From assembly GCA_947629655.1 (NCBI GenBank), contig CANREL010000005.1, positions 24,790-88,789 on the forward strand: 64,000 bases of DNA. The letters are read 5' to 3'. This document shows, one piece after another, positions 19,292-30,291 of this stretch (the first letter of the stretch is position 1; each line of letters starts with the position of its first letter). The stretch is from an uncultured Bacilli bacterium (lineage in GTDB: Bacteria; Bacillota_I; Bacilli_A; RF39; UBA660). The notes under the pieces are model-generated. The model saw nothing but the letters and a program-made list of their open reading frames with translations. It ran no database searches and had not been told where the DNA came from. A program made the translations under genes and the position numbers.

Positions 19292-19457
19292 AAAATATAT
19301 TCTCCTCCTATTTTAGGGCTTAAAAAAGACTTTTATAGATGGAATATTTCTATTAAAAGTCTCGTTCAAATCAATAGTAATCATTTAGTTATTAAATACA
19401 ATATTTATCAACCATATCAATTCACTTATCTTTTTGAACTGATACCCCCTACTTCTT

Positions 19458-19473
19458 AATATGTTAACATATT
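19458..19473. promoter_or_regulatory. perfect 16-bp palindrome AATATGTTAACATATT in the divergent intergenic region (candidate operator)
   Basis: Seen directly in sequence, ~110 bp upstream of the phosphoketolase start and in the 5' region of the four-gene operon. Confidence 0.35.
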
Positions 19474-19524
19474 TTAATCTGTTGTACCAGTTTTTAGACA
19501 AAATTTTTTTCTTTTATTATTTTA

Positions 19525-19553
19525 TTGAAGTAGTATTTTTTATGTAGTAAAAT
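19525..19553 (+). promoter_or_regulatory. putative sigma-A promoter for the phosphoketolase gene (TTGAAG-17-TAAAAT)
   Basis: -35 at 19525-19530 and -10 at 19548-19553, followed by a GGGG RBS before the ATG at 19582. Confidence 0.4.
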
Positions 19554-19581
19554 GTTAATAGTAATAATAAGGGGCGATTAG

Positions 19582-21945
19582 ATGAACAATAAAGAAAAAA
19601 AATTAGTATCTCTAGATTATATTAAAAAGATGGATTCTTATTGGAATGCTTGTAACTATTTGAGTTTAGGTCAATTATATTTACTAGATAATCCACTTTT
19701 AAAAGAACCATTAAAAAAGGAACACATAAAGAAAAAGATAGTTGGGCATTGGGGGACTGTGCCAGGACAAAATTTTTTATATGTACACTTAAATCGTGTC
19801 ATTAAAACTTATGACTTAGACATGATCTACATATCTGGTCCCGGTCATGGTGGGAATGCCTTAGTTAGTAATACCTATTTAGAGGGAAGTTATAGTGAGA
19901 TATATCCAAATATTAGTAGAGATGTTGAAGGAATGAAAAAGTTATTCAAACAGTTCTCTTTCCCTGGTGGTATTTCTAGTCATGTAGCACCGGAAACACC
20001 TGGTTCAATTAATGAAGGAGGAGAATTGGGTTATTCACTTGCCCATGCTTTTGGCGCTGTTTTCGATAATCCTGATTTGATTGCGGCTTGTGTCGTCGGT
20101 GATGGTGAAGCAGAAACAGGACCACTAGCTACTTCGTGGCACGCAAATAAATTTTTAAATCCTGTAACTGATGGAGCTGTCTTACCAATTCTACACTTAA
20201 ACGGATATAAGATAAGTAATCCTACTGTATTTTCGCGAATTTCCCATGACGAAATAAAGAAGTTCTTTGAAGGATGTGGATGGAAACCATATTTTGTCGA
20301 AGGTAAAGATCCGATGATAATGCACATGGTAATGTATAAAACGATGGATAAAGTAATTAATGACATCAAGACTATTCAGAAAAATGCCCGTGAAAATAAT
20401 GATACGACTAGACCGATGTGGCCAATGATCATTTTCCGCTCACCAAAAGGATGGACTTGTCCAAAAGAAGTTGATGGCAAAGAGATGGAAGGAAGTTTTA
20501 GAGCTCATCAAGTACCTCTTTCAATGGAGAAGAAAGAACACTTAAAAATGCTTGAAGACTGGTTGAAGAGTTATCATCCAGAAAAATTGTTTGATGATAA
20601 TGGAACATTAATTCCTGAATTGCAAGAACTTGCGCCAGTTGGCAATCGTCGTATGGGAAGTAATCCGCATGCCAATGGTGGTTTGTTGTTAAAAGATTTG
20701 CGCTTACCTGATTTTCGCAAATACGCTTTGAAATTTGATGAACCAGGAAGCATTGAAGCTCAAGACATGATTGAATTAGGTGGTTTTGTAAGAGATATTT
20801 TTGAACTTAATAAAGAAGAGAGAAACTTCCGCATATTTGGTCCTGATGAGACGATGTCCAATCGTTTGAACAAAGTCTTTGAAAAAGAAAATCGCGCTTG
20901 GAATGGTATTAAGAAAGATAATGATGAATTTTTGAGTAGTGATGGCCGAATAATGGATTCCTACTTATCTGAACACATGTGTGAAGGATGGTTAGAGGGG
21001 TATCTTCTAACTGGTAGACATGGTTTCTTTGCCAGTTATGAAGCTTTTATTCGCGTTGTCGACTCCATGTTCAGTCAACATGCCAAATGGTTGAAAGTAA
21101 CTTCTGAACTTCCTTGGCGTCAAGAAATTGCTTCCTTAAACTACGTGCTAACTTCAAACGTTTGGCAACAAGACCATAATGGATTCACTCATCAAGACCC
21201 AGGCTTTCTAGATCACGTCGCCAATAAAAAAGCGGACATTGTCAGAATGTATTTACCACCAGATACGAACTGTTTATTGTCAGTATTTGATCACTGTATT
21301 CGAAGTAAGAACTATGTCAATGTCATGATTACTTCCAAACATCCTCGTCCACAATGGTTAACGATGGATCAAGCCATTAAACATTGTACGCAAGGAATTG
21401 GCATATGGGATTGGGCTAGTAATGATCAAGGAGAAGATCCCGATATCGTCTTAGCTTGTTGTGGTGATACTCCGACTTTGGAAGCATTAGCTGCTGTAAC
21501 GATCATGCATAAATATTTACCAGAAGTAAAGATTCGTTTTATCAATGTCGTCGACTTGATGAAATTACAATCACATCAGAAACATCCACACGGATTGACT
21601 GATGATGATTATGACTTATTATTCACTAAAGATAAGCCGATAACTTTTGTTTTCCACGGGTATCCAACACTTATACACGAATTGTTGTACTATCGTCACA
21701 ATCGCAATTTACACGTCTTTGGTTACCAAGAAGAAGGAACGATTACAACACCATTCGACATGCGTGTCCAAAATGAAATCGATAGATTCCATCTAGTGAT
21801 ATCAATGGTTAAATCACTACCAAGTCTCGGTAATAAAGGAGCTTATGTCGTTCAGAAAATGAAGGATAAATTAGTGGAACATGAACAATATATTAAAGAG
21901 TATGGTATTGATTTAGAAGAAGTTAGAAATTGGAAATGGAAGTAA
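19582..21945 (+). CDS. xfp: xylulose-5-phosphate/fructose-6-phosphate phosphoketolase
   Basis: 787 aa, TPP-dependent, with phosphoketolase signatures ([43 protein letters not shown]; GHGG...). Confidence 0.9.
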   Translation: MNNKEKKLVSLDYIKKMDSYWNACNYLSLGQLYLLDNPLLKEPLKKEHIKKKIVGHWGTVPGQNFLYVHLNRVIKTYDLDMIYISGPGHGGNALVSNTYLEGSYSEIYPNISRDVEGMKKLFKQFSFPGGISSHVAPETPGSINEGGELGYSLAHAFGAVFDNPDLIAACVVGDGEAETGPLATSWHANKFLNPVTDGAVLPILHLNGYKISNPTVFSRISHDEIKKFFEGCGWKPYFVEGKDPMIMHMVMYKTMDKVINDIKTIQKNARENNDTTRPMWPMIIFRSPKGWTCPKEVDGKEMEGSFRAHQVPLSMEKKEHLKMLEDWLKSYHPEKLFDDNGTLIPELQELAPVGNRRMGSNPHANGGLLLKDLRLPDFRKYALKFDEPGSIEAQDMIELGGFVRDIFELNKEERNFRIFGPDETMSNRLNKVFEKENRAWNGIKKDNDEFLSSDGRIMDSYLSEHMCEGWLEGYLLTGRHGFFASYEAFIRVVDSMFSQHAKWLKVTSELPWRQEIASLNYVLTSNVWQQDHNGFTHQDPGFLDHVANKKADIVRMYLPPDTNCLLSVFDHCIRSKNYVNVMITSKHPRPQWLTMDQAIKHCTQGIGIWDWASNDQGEDPDIVLACCGDTPTLEALAAVTIMHKYLPEVKIRFINVVDLMKLQSHQKHPHGLTDDDYDLLFTKDKPITFVFHGYPTLIHELLYYRHNRNLHVFGYQEEGTITTPFDMRVQNEIDRFHLVISMVKSLPSLGNKGAYVVQKMKDKLVEHEQYIKEYGIDLEEVRNWKWK

Positions 21946-21946
21946 A

Positions 21947-21975
21947 AAGATATGGTTAAACCATATCTTTTTTAG
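21947..21975. terminator. bidirectional terminator hairpin
   Basis: AAAAGATATGGTT-AAA-CCATATCTTTT. Confidence 0.6.
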
Positions 21976-23147
21976 TTATCAACATTTTCATAATCATCAA
22001 CTATTTCGATGACGATGATAATTTTATTAGTGATGTGATCATCACTATTTTCTAATGTGAATACATATATTCCCGTTTCATCTAAATACTTGGTTATATC
22101 TTCTACATATTTACCATCATAAACTTTTTTACCAGTGTTCAATAAATCTGTAATACTATCATACTTATAATCACTATTTATGAAAGAAATTTCCATATCA
22201 GTTGGAGCTAGTTTTTTCTCTTTGATCGTGTTCATATTTAGATGGGAACACTTAGTTTTAACATTTTTATCTTTGGTATCAGTACAGATGTATTCTTTAA
22301 AGATGAAAGAGTACTCTTCACTCTTAGGAAGATCTACTTTTATGTCATCTAAATTCACTAATGTAACTTCTGAACTATCATTTTGACCTCTCAGTGTTAA
22401 AATGACTGGTATTACTACTCTTTCATATTTTTGATCATAATACAAAGTGAGTTTTGTATCATTGATCTGCGCTGTAAAATGGTGATATGTTCCACGATTA
22501 AAAGTTTTAAGTTGATCAACTATTTGAAAAAATATTCCTAAAACAGCAATGACAATGATAAAGATGGGAATGGCAATATCTTTTATTTTGTTCATCTTTT
22601 CACGATGAGCATTTTTTACTTCGACTTCCATACTAGGTATTTCGACTTCCATTTCCTTTTTTAAAGGATCATAATCTTTCTTTATTTCATCGACATTTTT
22701 ATAAAATTTATGTCCAGCTCGCTCTGGGTATTTATTAAAGAATTCTTCAACACCATTAGTAGCATCATCAACAGGGATTGGTCTTATGAAGATGAAGACG
22801 ATATAGTGTAGAAACAAATCAACTATCGCCGTTATGATATTCATACTACCAATAAAAATAGCAATGACTAATAAAATATTATTCCATCCTTTAAAATAGG
22901 TTAAAACGCGTTGTTGAAGAACATATTTTTCACGACTTAAAAAGCGCATCAATACGTATAAGAGAATTGTATCAATTAGAATAAAAGTAAGTGGCTGCAG
23001 CAAGAATGTTAAAGATATATCCCAATCTTTTGAATACGATAAAAATGATAAGGCCGTAATAAGGGCAATAACTATTATATATGTCATTATATATATAACT
23101 TTTTTAGTACTCAATTTCATATTTTCACCTACAATAAAATTATACAA
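21972..23147 (-). CDS. hypothetical membrane protein (4 N-terminal TM helices plus a ~200-aa soluble domain)
   Basis: 391 aa. Hydrophobic N-terminal half. No family recognised. Confidence 0.5.
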   Translation of the reverse strand: MYNFIVGENMKLSTKKVIYIMTYIIVIALITALSFLSYSKDWDISLTFLLQPLTFILIDTILLYVLMRFLSREKYVLQQRVLTYFKGWNNILLVIAIFIGSMNIITAIVDLFLHYIVFIFIRPIPVDDATNGVEEFFNKYPERAGHKFYKNVDEIKKDYDPLKKEMEVEIPSMEVEVKNAHREKMNKIKDIAIPIFIIVIAVLGIFFQIVDQLKTFNRGTYHHFTAQINDTKLTLYYDQKYERVVIPVILTLRGQNDSSEVTLVNLDDIKVDLPKSEEYSFIFKEYICTDTKDKNVKTKCSHLNMNTIKEKKLAPTDMEISFINSDYKYDSITDLLNTGKKVYDGKYVEDITKYLDETGIYVFTLENSDDHITNKIIIVIEIVDDYENVDN

Positions 23148-23182
23148 TAGATAGAGATTATTGCAAAGAAAAAGAACTGATT

Positions 23183-25729
23183 CTACTCAGTTCTCAAAGC
23201 TTCAACTGGATCTTTCTTACTAGCCATACGCGATGGTATTAAACCAGCTATTAGAGTCAATACAACTGATATCAATACAAGAATAGTTGCACCAACAACT
23301 GGTAAGATAGAAACGTTAGATATATTGGTTAGTTCTTTAATAATGATGTTAATTGGAATATTTAAGATGATAGTAACACCAATACCTAAAAGACCAGCTA
23401 TTAAACCGACAATTAGAGTTTCAGCATTGAAGACACGTGATATGTCTTTCTTACTAGCTCCAATGCTTCGCAAAATACCAATTTCTTTCGTTCTCTCAAG
23501 AACACTTATGTAAGTAATGATACCAATCATGATTGAAGATACAATTAGTGAGATGCTGACAAAAGCCATTAGAACATAACTAATCGTATTGATTATAGAA
23601 GTTACAGAACGCATCATTACACCAACGACATCAGTATAAGCAATTTCATCTTCTTCTTTTTGTTTATCATTATATTTATCAATAATATTAACTATTTCTT
23701 CTTTAGAAGCGAAATCGATAGGATAAATACTTATCATATCAGGATTTTCTAAATCAACAATTCCTAGTTGTAATAGATTACTCTCATAAGTAGCAGAAGC
23801 ATTTTCAGTATAACTAGCAATAACAGCTGCTAACTCTTCTTCAGATAGGGAAGCAAGATATGCTTTTTGTTCATCAGTTAAAGTGTCGATATCAAAAGTT
23901 GCTTTTTCAGAGAATTCTATTCCAGTAAAGACATTTATCTCAGGATTTTCTTTTTGTTCTTTAGCTATTTCACTATCATTGATATGGTTAATAGTATATC
24001 TAGTAAGTTCACTAGTATAACCAATGACACCCGTTGTAGAAATAGTTGATTCTTCATTGACACGTATTATTCCTACTACTTCAATATCTTCAGAATTATC
24101 TAAGACTTTTCGCATGTATTCTTCATCTTCAGATTTATCAATCCAAAGGCCATTTTCTTTTTCATAATAATCCGTATTTAAAACGAGTTTAAACTTTAGT
24201 CCGACAATATCTTTATAGTCATATACTTTCTGTTTTGCTTTTTCAACTTTTTCACCCTTCATAATTGCGCGAATCATATCTTTTAATTCATCTTGATCAA
24301 GAAGACCTAAAGAATATAGAGCATAGTCACTGACTTGATTGTCTTCATCGACAACAAGAACGACTTCATTATAATTTTTAGGCCAAGAACCAGCGACTAA
24401 ATCGTATTGTGACTTTAGAAGTTCATCATTGTCAGTCAACTCAGTCCATGAATTTACTTCACCAGCTCCAAAAGCATATTCAGTACCCATTCCTTCAAGT
24501 CCTAAATTATCGAAGACAGTACTTGGATTTACTTTGACAATCTTATCTTTATAATCAGCTTTATACAAATTAATATTTAAATTATAACTGTATTTGATAT
24601 CACTGACATAATCTTTAATATCTGTCTTATCACTCTCTAAATACTTTTTAAAATCGCGAAGATTATTAGTTCGCATCTCATTAGATAGTGAGGAAATCAT
24701 TTCTGTCATGATATCATTAGAATAAATTTTACCCTCTTTTTGATTAGTAGTATCTTTATTTTCACCCATTAAAGTCAATATCATACTGCTGGTGTCCACA
24801 GTCGTCTTTTGAATCGTCAATGGATATGAAGACAAAGTATCTTCCTCTACTCTTTTTATATATTCTTGAACACCATTAGATAAAGACATGATCAAGGCAA
24901 TTCCAATGATACCTATTGATCCAGCGAAAGCTGTTAAAAGAGTTCTTCCCTTTTTAGTCAACAAGTTATTCAAACTTAGTGATAGAGCGGTCATGAAAGA
25001 CATATGCGTCTTCTTACTCTTACTCTTTTGGTCTTTTACTTTTTCTTTTCCATCAAATGGATTGGAATCATTGGTAATCTTACCATCTAATAATTTAATA
25101 ATTCTAGTTGAATATTCTTCAGCTAAATCAGGGTTATGAGTAACCATGATAACTAATTTATCTTTAGCGATATCTTTTAATAGTTCCATGACTTGAATAC
25201 TAGTTTCTGAGTCTAGAGCACCTGTTGGCTCATCAGCAAGTAAGATATCAGGATCATTGACAAGAGCACGTGCGATGGCAACTCTTTGCATTTGACCACC
25301 AGACATCTGGTTAGGCCTTTTATTCATGTGATCTTCTAGACCAACTTTTTTCAAAGCATTCTTAGCTCTTCTTCTTCGCTCATCTTTGGCTACACCAGAA
25401 AGAGTTAAAGCAAGTTCAACGTTTTGAAGAGCAGTTTGATGAGGTATCAAATTATAACTTTGGAAGACGAATCCGACACGATGATTACGATATGTATCCC
25501 AATCGCGATCTTTGTACTGTTTAGTTGAGACACCATTTATTATCAAATCACCTTTAGTGTATTTATCAAGACCACCAACGATGTTTAAAAGAGTCGTCTT
25601 ACCACTACCACTCTGACCTAAAATGGATACGAATTCATTCTCACGAAATTTAATACTGACATTGTCTAAGGCTTTTTGTTTAAATCCAGCTGTTTCATAA
25701 ACTTTACTAACGTTTTTAATCTCTAACAT
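23183..25729 (-). CDS. ABC transporter, fused ATP-binding and FtsX-type permease (MacB-like)
   Basis: Walker A GQSGSGKT, ABC signature LSGGQMQRVAIARAL, Walker B ILLADEPTGALD. The C-terminal domain is a large extracellular loop plus a 4-TM FtsX fold. AGGAGG RBS. Confidence 0.85.
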   Translation of the reverse strand: MLEIKNVSKVYETAGFKQKALDNVSIKFRENEFVSILGQSGSGKTTLLNIVGGLDKYTKGDLIINGVSTKQYKDRDWDTYRNHRVGFVFQSYNLIPHQTALQNVELALTLSGVAKDERRRRAKNALKKVGLEDHMNKRPNQMSGGQMQRVAIARALVNDPDILLADEPTGALDSETSIQVMELLKDIAKDKLVIMVTHNPDLAEEYSTRIIKLLDGKITNDSNPFDGKEKVKDQKSKSKKTHMSFMTALSLSLNNLLTKKGRTLLTAFAGSIGIIGIALIMSLSNGVQEYIKRVEEDTLSSYPLTIQKTTVDTSSMILTLMGENKDTTNQKEGKIYSNDIMTEMISSLSNEMRTNNLRDFKKYLESDKTDIKDYVSDIKYSYNLNINLYKADYKDKIVKVNPSTVFDNLGLEGMGTEYAFGAGEVNSWTELTDNDELLKSQYDLVAGSWPKNYNEVVLVVDEDNQVSDYALYSLGLLDQDELKDMIRAIMKGEKVEKAKQKVYDYKDIVGLKFKLVLNTDYYEKENGLWIDKSEDEEYMRKVLDNSEDIEVVGIIRVNEESTISTTGVIGYTSELTRYTINHINDSEIAKEQKENPEINVFTGIEFSEKATFDIDTLTDEQKAYLASLSEEELAAVIASYTENASATYESNLLQLGIVDLENPDMISIYPIDFASKEEIVNIIDKYNDKQKEEDEIAYTDVVGVMMRSVTSIINTISYVLMAFVSISLIVSSIMIGIITYISVLERTKEIGILRSIGASKKDISRVFNAETLIVGLIAGLLGIGVTIILNIPINIIIKELTNISNVSILPVVGATILVLISVVLTLIAGLIPSRMASKKDPVEALRTE

Positions 25730-25815
25730 ATATACCTCCTAATCCCTATATTATTATATAAAAATATACATATCAAAATCAATAAAATAGGACAATTTCC
25801 ACCTTTTTTTCACAT

Positions 25816-25983
25816 TTATCGATAAATGATCATGGCTGAAAAACAATAAATTTGATCTTCGGAGAAAACCGATATCGCTACTTGGTATTTTATATCGATG
25901 ACATCTTTTACTTCTTCTAAAAAACTGTTGATACTATCTTCTAGATCTTTTTCATGCGATTCATCAAAAATTTTGACTTTCAT
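25816..25983 (-). CDS. small Cse60-like protein (sporulation-associated small-protein family)
   Basis: The 55-aa sequence MKVKIFDESHEKDLEDSINSFLEE...IDIKYQVA...QIYCFSAMIIYR resembles B. subtilis Cse60 (YteV) as I recall it. GGTGA RBS before the ATG at 25983. Confidence 0.35.
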   Translation of the reverse strand: MKVKIFDESHEKDLEDSINSFLEEVKDVIDIKYQVAISVFSEDQIYCFSAMIIYR

Positions 25984-26054
25984 ATCATCACCAATAGTAT
26001 TATAATTTTTATTTTTGTTTTTTCCTGTCAAAAAAAAGTAGATTTAATAATAAT

Positions 26055-26846
26055 CTACTCATTTCTATATCTTTTAGTTAATTGTTTATTCTTTTCTACT
26101 TTGACTTTTTTATTACCAGTTAAAAAATCACGCATTTCTATTAATTCTTCTAAAGTTGGTTCTTTATTGATAGTTAAAACCTTTTCCTTTTCTTTTTCCT
26201 CTTCATGATCAATAGTCGTTGAAGGTTCTTCTTTTAGAATCGGTTTTAACTCTTCAGTATCTTTTCCCTTTTTCTTTTTGGAATATGAAGCGATTGTGAG
26301 TAGCTGTAAGCCAGTGGTCGTCACCATTAGGGTGTTTAAAACATTTGTAATTGGTAGGCATGGCGTTAATAAACCAGCTCCAGCTAAAGTGAATAAAGAC
26401 CAAGTCTTAATCTTGCCCATCATTGTTGATTTGGGATTTTCTCCTTGTAATTTCTTTTTAGCATTTATTGCTGATATGATTCCTTCAAGTCCCAAGTTAA
26501 ACAATAATAGTGGATTAGAAATAGAAGCTGATAAAAGTAAAGTACCAGCAAAAATTTTATCACAAATAGCATCTAAATCTTTTCCCAAATCACTCGTCAA
26601 ATTAAATTTACGAGCAATGAAACCATCAGCAGCATCTGTTAGAGAAAAACCTGCTATCAAACCGATTGAAAGAGCGACATTACCAACTAAAATACTTGGA
26701 ATTATAAAAAATGGTGCCGTCATGCGCAAAAGTGTCAAGACATTGGGAATTTGACGATGACGACGACCACGTGTCTTCAAATCGTTTAAGGCTTCAGATA
26801 TCTCTTTTTTATATTCAGCAAAAACTTTTTTCTTATCTTCGTACAT
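26055..26846 (-). CDS. CDP-alcohol phosphatidyltransferase family protein (PgsA-like) with N- and C-terminal extensions
   Basis: CDP-OH phosphotransferase motif DAADGFIARKFNLTSDLGKDLDAICDK. Multi-TM core. The K/E-rich C-terminal ~80 aa are unusual. Confidence 0.75.
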   Translation of the reverse strand: MYEDKKKVFAEYKKEISEALNDLKTRGRRHRQIPNVLTLLRMTAPFFIIPSILVGNVALSIGLIAGFSLTDAADGFIARKFNLTSDLGKDLDAICDKIFAGTLLLSASISNPLLLFNLGLEGIISAINAKKKLQGENPKSTMMGKIKTWSLFTLAGAGLLTPCLPITNVLNTLMVTTTGLQLLTIASYSKKKKGKDTEELKPILKEEPSTTIDHEEEKEKEKVLTINKEPTLEELIEMRDFLTGNKKVKVEKNKQLTKRYRNE

Positions 26847-26931
26847 ACTGTTTCCCCTTCTTCGAAGTATGTATTATATAACTTGTTAGGGAAACTGTCA
26901 AATAAAGAGATACTGGGTAGTATCTCTTAAA

Positions 26932-29769
26932 CTATTTTACAACGATATTTACTATTTTTCCTTTTATTATGATCACTTTAACTATTTCTTTTCCCTCGGT
27001 ATGACGAATGACATTATCTTCTTTTAAAGCCTTTTCTTTTATGTTCTCTTCTGAATCATTAACATTTACTTTAATAGTAGCTCGTACTTTTCCATTTACT
27101 TGAACAGCTATCTCTTTTTCTTCTTCAACTAACTTAGATTCATCATACTCTGGCCAAGCTGATTTGCAAAGAACTTCTCCAAGTTCATACATCTCATTCA
27201 ATTCCTCAGTCGTATGAGGAGCGATTGGATTTAACAATAGACAAAGTGTACGATAATCTTTTTTAGTAATCGTCTCTTCTTTTTCCATTTCATTTAAAAG
27301 AATCATCAAAGTTGATACAGCGGTGTTAAATTTCATGTTGTCGATATCTTCAGTAACTTTTTTAATACTCTTGTTCATGATTTTTTCTAAGTTTTTAGAG
27401 TAATAATCACCAGCAACGACTTTATCACCTAGACGAATGACGCGATCGATGAATCTCTTACATCCGTTTAAACCTTTTTCACTCCAAGCAACTTCTTTTT
27501 CATAGTCACCGATGAACATTTCATAACAACGTAGAGCATCAGCACCATACAACTTAATCATATCATCTGGGTTAATGACGTTACCAAGACTCTTACTCAT
27601 CTTGACTCCACCTTCACCTAGAATCATTCCGTGAGATACACGTACCTTAAATGGTTCTTTGTTTGGCACAAGACCAATGTTATACAAGAATTGATTCCAG
27701 AATCTAGCATATAACAAATGACGTGTAGCATGTTCCATACCACCGTTGTACCAATCTAGTTTACCCCAATATTTTAGGGCATCTTGAGAGACAAACTCTT
27801 TGTCATTATGCGGATCCATATATCTTAACCAATACCAAGAAGATCCAGCCCAGTTAGGCATTGTATCCGTTTCTCTCTTAGCTCTCTTACCACATTTTGG
27901 ACAAGTCGTATTGACCCAATCCGTAATTTTAGCAAGTGGACTTTCACCATCATCAGTTGGTTCGTATTCAGTGACATCAGGAAGAAGTACTGGTAAATCT
28001 TTTTCAGGTACAGCTACCCATCCACAATCTTCACAATAAACTAGTGGAATTGGTTCTCCCCAAAATCTCTGACGTGAGAAAATCCAGTCTTGAAGTTTAA
28101 AGTTCGTCTTTTCATGACCAATTTTCTGTTCTTTTAAATATTCAATCATCTTAGCAATTGATTCTTTCTTATCAGTCAAGCCATTTAAAACACCAGAGTT
28201 GATCATCTTTCCACCCTCAGTGTAAGCTTTAGGATTGATAGCTGAATCAAAAATCGTCTTATGTAATTCATCTTTGACCTCTTTTTCAATAGTTTCTCTA
28301 TCAACCCATTCGACGTCAAAGATCTCATCTTCATCACGATTTACTTCTTGTTTAGAATCACTCTTTAATTCAAACAAGAAACCATCACAATCTATTTCAA
28401 AAGCTTTATTCTTATTATAGGCATAATAGTGATGATTTACAGGGAATGTTTGTCTAACTAATTCAAAATCGTTATAACCTGTTTCCTCTTTTATTTCTCT
28501 AGTAGCACAATCTAGTGGAGATTCGTCTTCATGTCTCGTTCCTCCGACGAATAGTCTTCCACCTTTTTCATGCCAATTAATAGTTAGATATTTATCTGCT
28601 TTTGGATCATGTAAGACAGCGACAATACTCTGTTTGTAACTATCATCATCACGTTTTTCACCAGTCATCTTTTCAATGACAGGAATTATATCAATACCAA
28701 ACTTTGTGGCAAATTCAAAGTCACGATCATCATGAGCTGGTACAGCCATAATAGCCCCAGTACCATATCCCATCATGACATAATCTGATATGTATATAGG
28801 TATTTCTGTATTATTAATCGGATTGATTGCTGTTAAACCATCAATTTTGACACCAGTTTTATCTTTGACCAATTGCGTTCTTTCAAATTCCGTTTTCTTA
28901 TTGGCATCTTCACGATATTTAGTAATTTCATTCATGTTTTTGATGATGTCTTGATATTTATCAATAATTGGATGTTCTGGTGCGACAACCATGAAAGTAA
29001 CACCATATAAAGTATCAGGACGTGTCGTATAAATGATTAACTCTTCTTCAACTTCTTTGATTTTAAAACTTACTTCAGCACCAGTAGATTTACCAATCCA
29101 GTTTATTTGAGCTGTTTTAATACGTTCTTGGAAATCAGTATCATCAAGTCCATCGATTAAGTCTTGAGCATAATCACTCATTCTTAACATCCATTGTTCT
29201 TTTTCTCTTTGTTCAACTTGGGTTCCACATCTTTCACAGACACCACCTGATGAGTCCTCATTAGATAATCCTGTCTTACACTTAGGACACCAGTTGATGT
29301 TCTTCTTAGTTTTATAAGCCATTCCATGTTCAAAGAACTTTAAAAATTGCCATTGTGTCCATTTATAATATTCAGGATCTGTCGTTGAAAATTCTCTTGT
29401 CCAGTCAACTGACATACCCAATTTTTTTACTTGACCTTTGAAAACTTTAATATTTTCTTCAACAGCCTTTTTAGGATGAATATGATTTTTGATGGCATAT
29501 TGTTCAGCAGGTGCTCCAAAAGCATCCCATCCTAGTGGAAATAAGACATTATATCCCATCATTCTCTTTTTACGAGCCATGGCATCAAGAGCTGTATAAC
29601 TTCTAACATGTCCGACATGAAGTCCAGCTCCACTCGGATAAGGAAATTCTACTAAGTAATAATACTTAGGTTTATCACTATTGTTACTGGCAACAAATAC
29701 TTGGTTATCTTCCCAATACTTTTGCCATTTACTTTCTATTACGTTTGTTGGTTGCATTTCTTTTTTCAT
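26932..29769 (-). CDS. leuS: leucyl-tRNA synthetase carrying a ~110-150 aa Nudix-box-containing insertion
   Basis: HIGH (HVGHVRSY) and KMSKS motifs plus the CP1 editing-domain motif (AVPAHDDRDFEFA). 945 aa, versus ~800-860 aa for typical bacterial LeuRS. The insertion at aa ~365-515 contains GGTRHEDESPLDCATREIKEETGY, a Nudix box (Gx5Ex7REUxEExGU). Confidence 0.9.
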   Translation of the reverse strand: MKKEMQPTNVIESKWQKYWEDNQVFVASNNSDKPKYYYLVEFPYPSGAGLHVGHVRSYTALDAMARKKRMMGYNVLFPLGWDAFGAPAEQYAIKNHIHPKKAVEENIKVFKGQVKKLGMSVDWTREFSTTDPEYYKWTQWQFLKFFEHGMAYKTKKNINWCPKCKTGLSNEDSSGGVCERCGTQVEQREKEQWMLRMSDYAQDLIDGLDDTDFQERIKTAQINWIGKSTGAEVSFKIKEVEEELIIYTTRPDTLYGVTFMVVAPEHPIIDKYQDIIKNMNEITKYREDANKKTEFERTQLVKDKTGVKIDGLTAINPINNTEIPIYISDYVMMGYGTGAIMAVPAHDDRDFEFATKFGIDIIPVIEKMTGEKRDDDSYKQSIVAVLHDPKADKYLTINWHEKGGRLFVGGTRHEDESPLDCATREIKEETGYNDFELVRQTFPVNHHYYAYNKNKAFEIDCDGFLFELKSDSKQEVNRDEDEIFDVEWVDRETIEKEVKDELHKTIFDSAINPKAYTEGGKMINSGVLNGLTDKKESIAKMIEYLKEQKIGHEKTNFKLQDWIFSRQRFWGEPIPLVYCEDCGWVAVPEKDLPVLLPDVTEYEPTDDGESPLAKITDWVNTTCPKCGKRAKRETDTMPNWAGSSWYWLRYMDPHNDKEFVSQDALKYWGKLDWYNGGMEHATRHLLYARFWNQFLYNIGLVPNKEPFKVRVSHGMILGEGGVKMSKSLGNVINPDDMIKLYGADALRCYEMFIGDYEKEVAWSEKGLNGCKRFIDRVIRLGDKVVAGDYYSKNLEKIMNKSIKKVTEDIDNMKFNTAVSTLMILLNEMEKEETITKKDYRTLCLLLNPIAPHTTEELNEMYELGEVLCKSAWPEYDESKLVEEEKEIAVQVNGKVRATIKVNVNDSEENIKEKALKEDNVIRHTEGKEIVKVIIIKGKIVNIVVK

Positions 29770-30280
29770 TTTTTACCACAAGTCCTTTCTTCTTAAAATA
29801 TTTTCCCAATACACTATAACTGATGAGGATTGTTGGGATTGCCAAAGCACCACCTATCAGTAACTTTAAATAGATATTATCAGTCGGCGTACACGATATT
29901 ATAGTTATGATGAGGCCGATGTCGATAGAACAAGTCCATCCCACTATTTTTAACAATTTTTTATAATTGATCTTTGATAAATCAATACTATATTTAATTA
30001 TTAAAATCTCTACTTCTGTCGGTATTTTTATATCATCCTGTTCCTGTTTAGGACGACGAGGTTTACGCCCACGCGTCAGGATTTCTTCTTTTTCATCTTT
30101 TGGTCCTAATAAAAAGACTTTTATCTTTTCAAATATCTTGGTGAAAAAGTTGTTCTTTTTCTTCTTTTTGAGTTTACCATTTTGATCATATCTATTAATC
30201 ATGAATAGATAATAGAATAAATAAACTAGTAAAGTCGTCAAGATGAATTCTATTAAACTAGAAAATACCATTTCCATCAT
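29729..30280 (-). CDS. hypothetical small membrane protein located between the T-box leader and leuS
   Basis: 183 aa with 2 N-terminal TM helices, a basic linker and 2 C-terminal TM helices. Strong RBS GAGGAGG directly after the T-box terminator. It overlaps the leuS start by ~40 nt. Confidence 0.5.
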   Translation of the reverse strand: MMEMVFSSLIEFILTTLLVYLFYYLFMINRYDQNGKLKKKKKNNFFTKIFEKIKVFLLGPKDEKEEILTRGRKPRRPKQEQDDIKIPTEVEILIIKYSIDLSKINYKKLLKIVGWTCSIDIGLIITIISCTPTDNIYLKLLIGGALAIPTILISYSVLGKYFKKKGLVVKNEKRNATNKRNRK

Positions 30281-30291
30281 AACACCTCCTC

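Noticed and set aside
25984-26031. Longer N-terminal extension (MTGKNKNKNYNTIGDD) of the Cse60-like small ORF
   Set aside because: The internal ATG at 25983 has a GGTGA RBS and gives the ~55-60 aa size typical of the family. The extension lacks an RBS.
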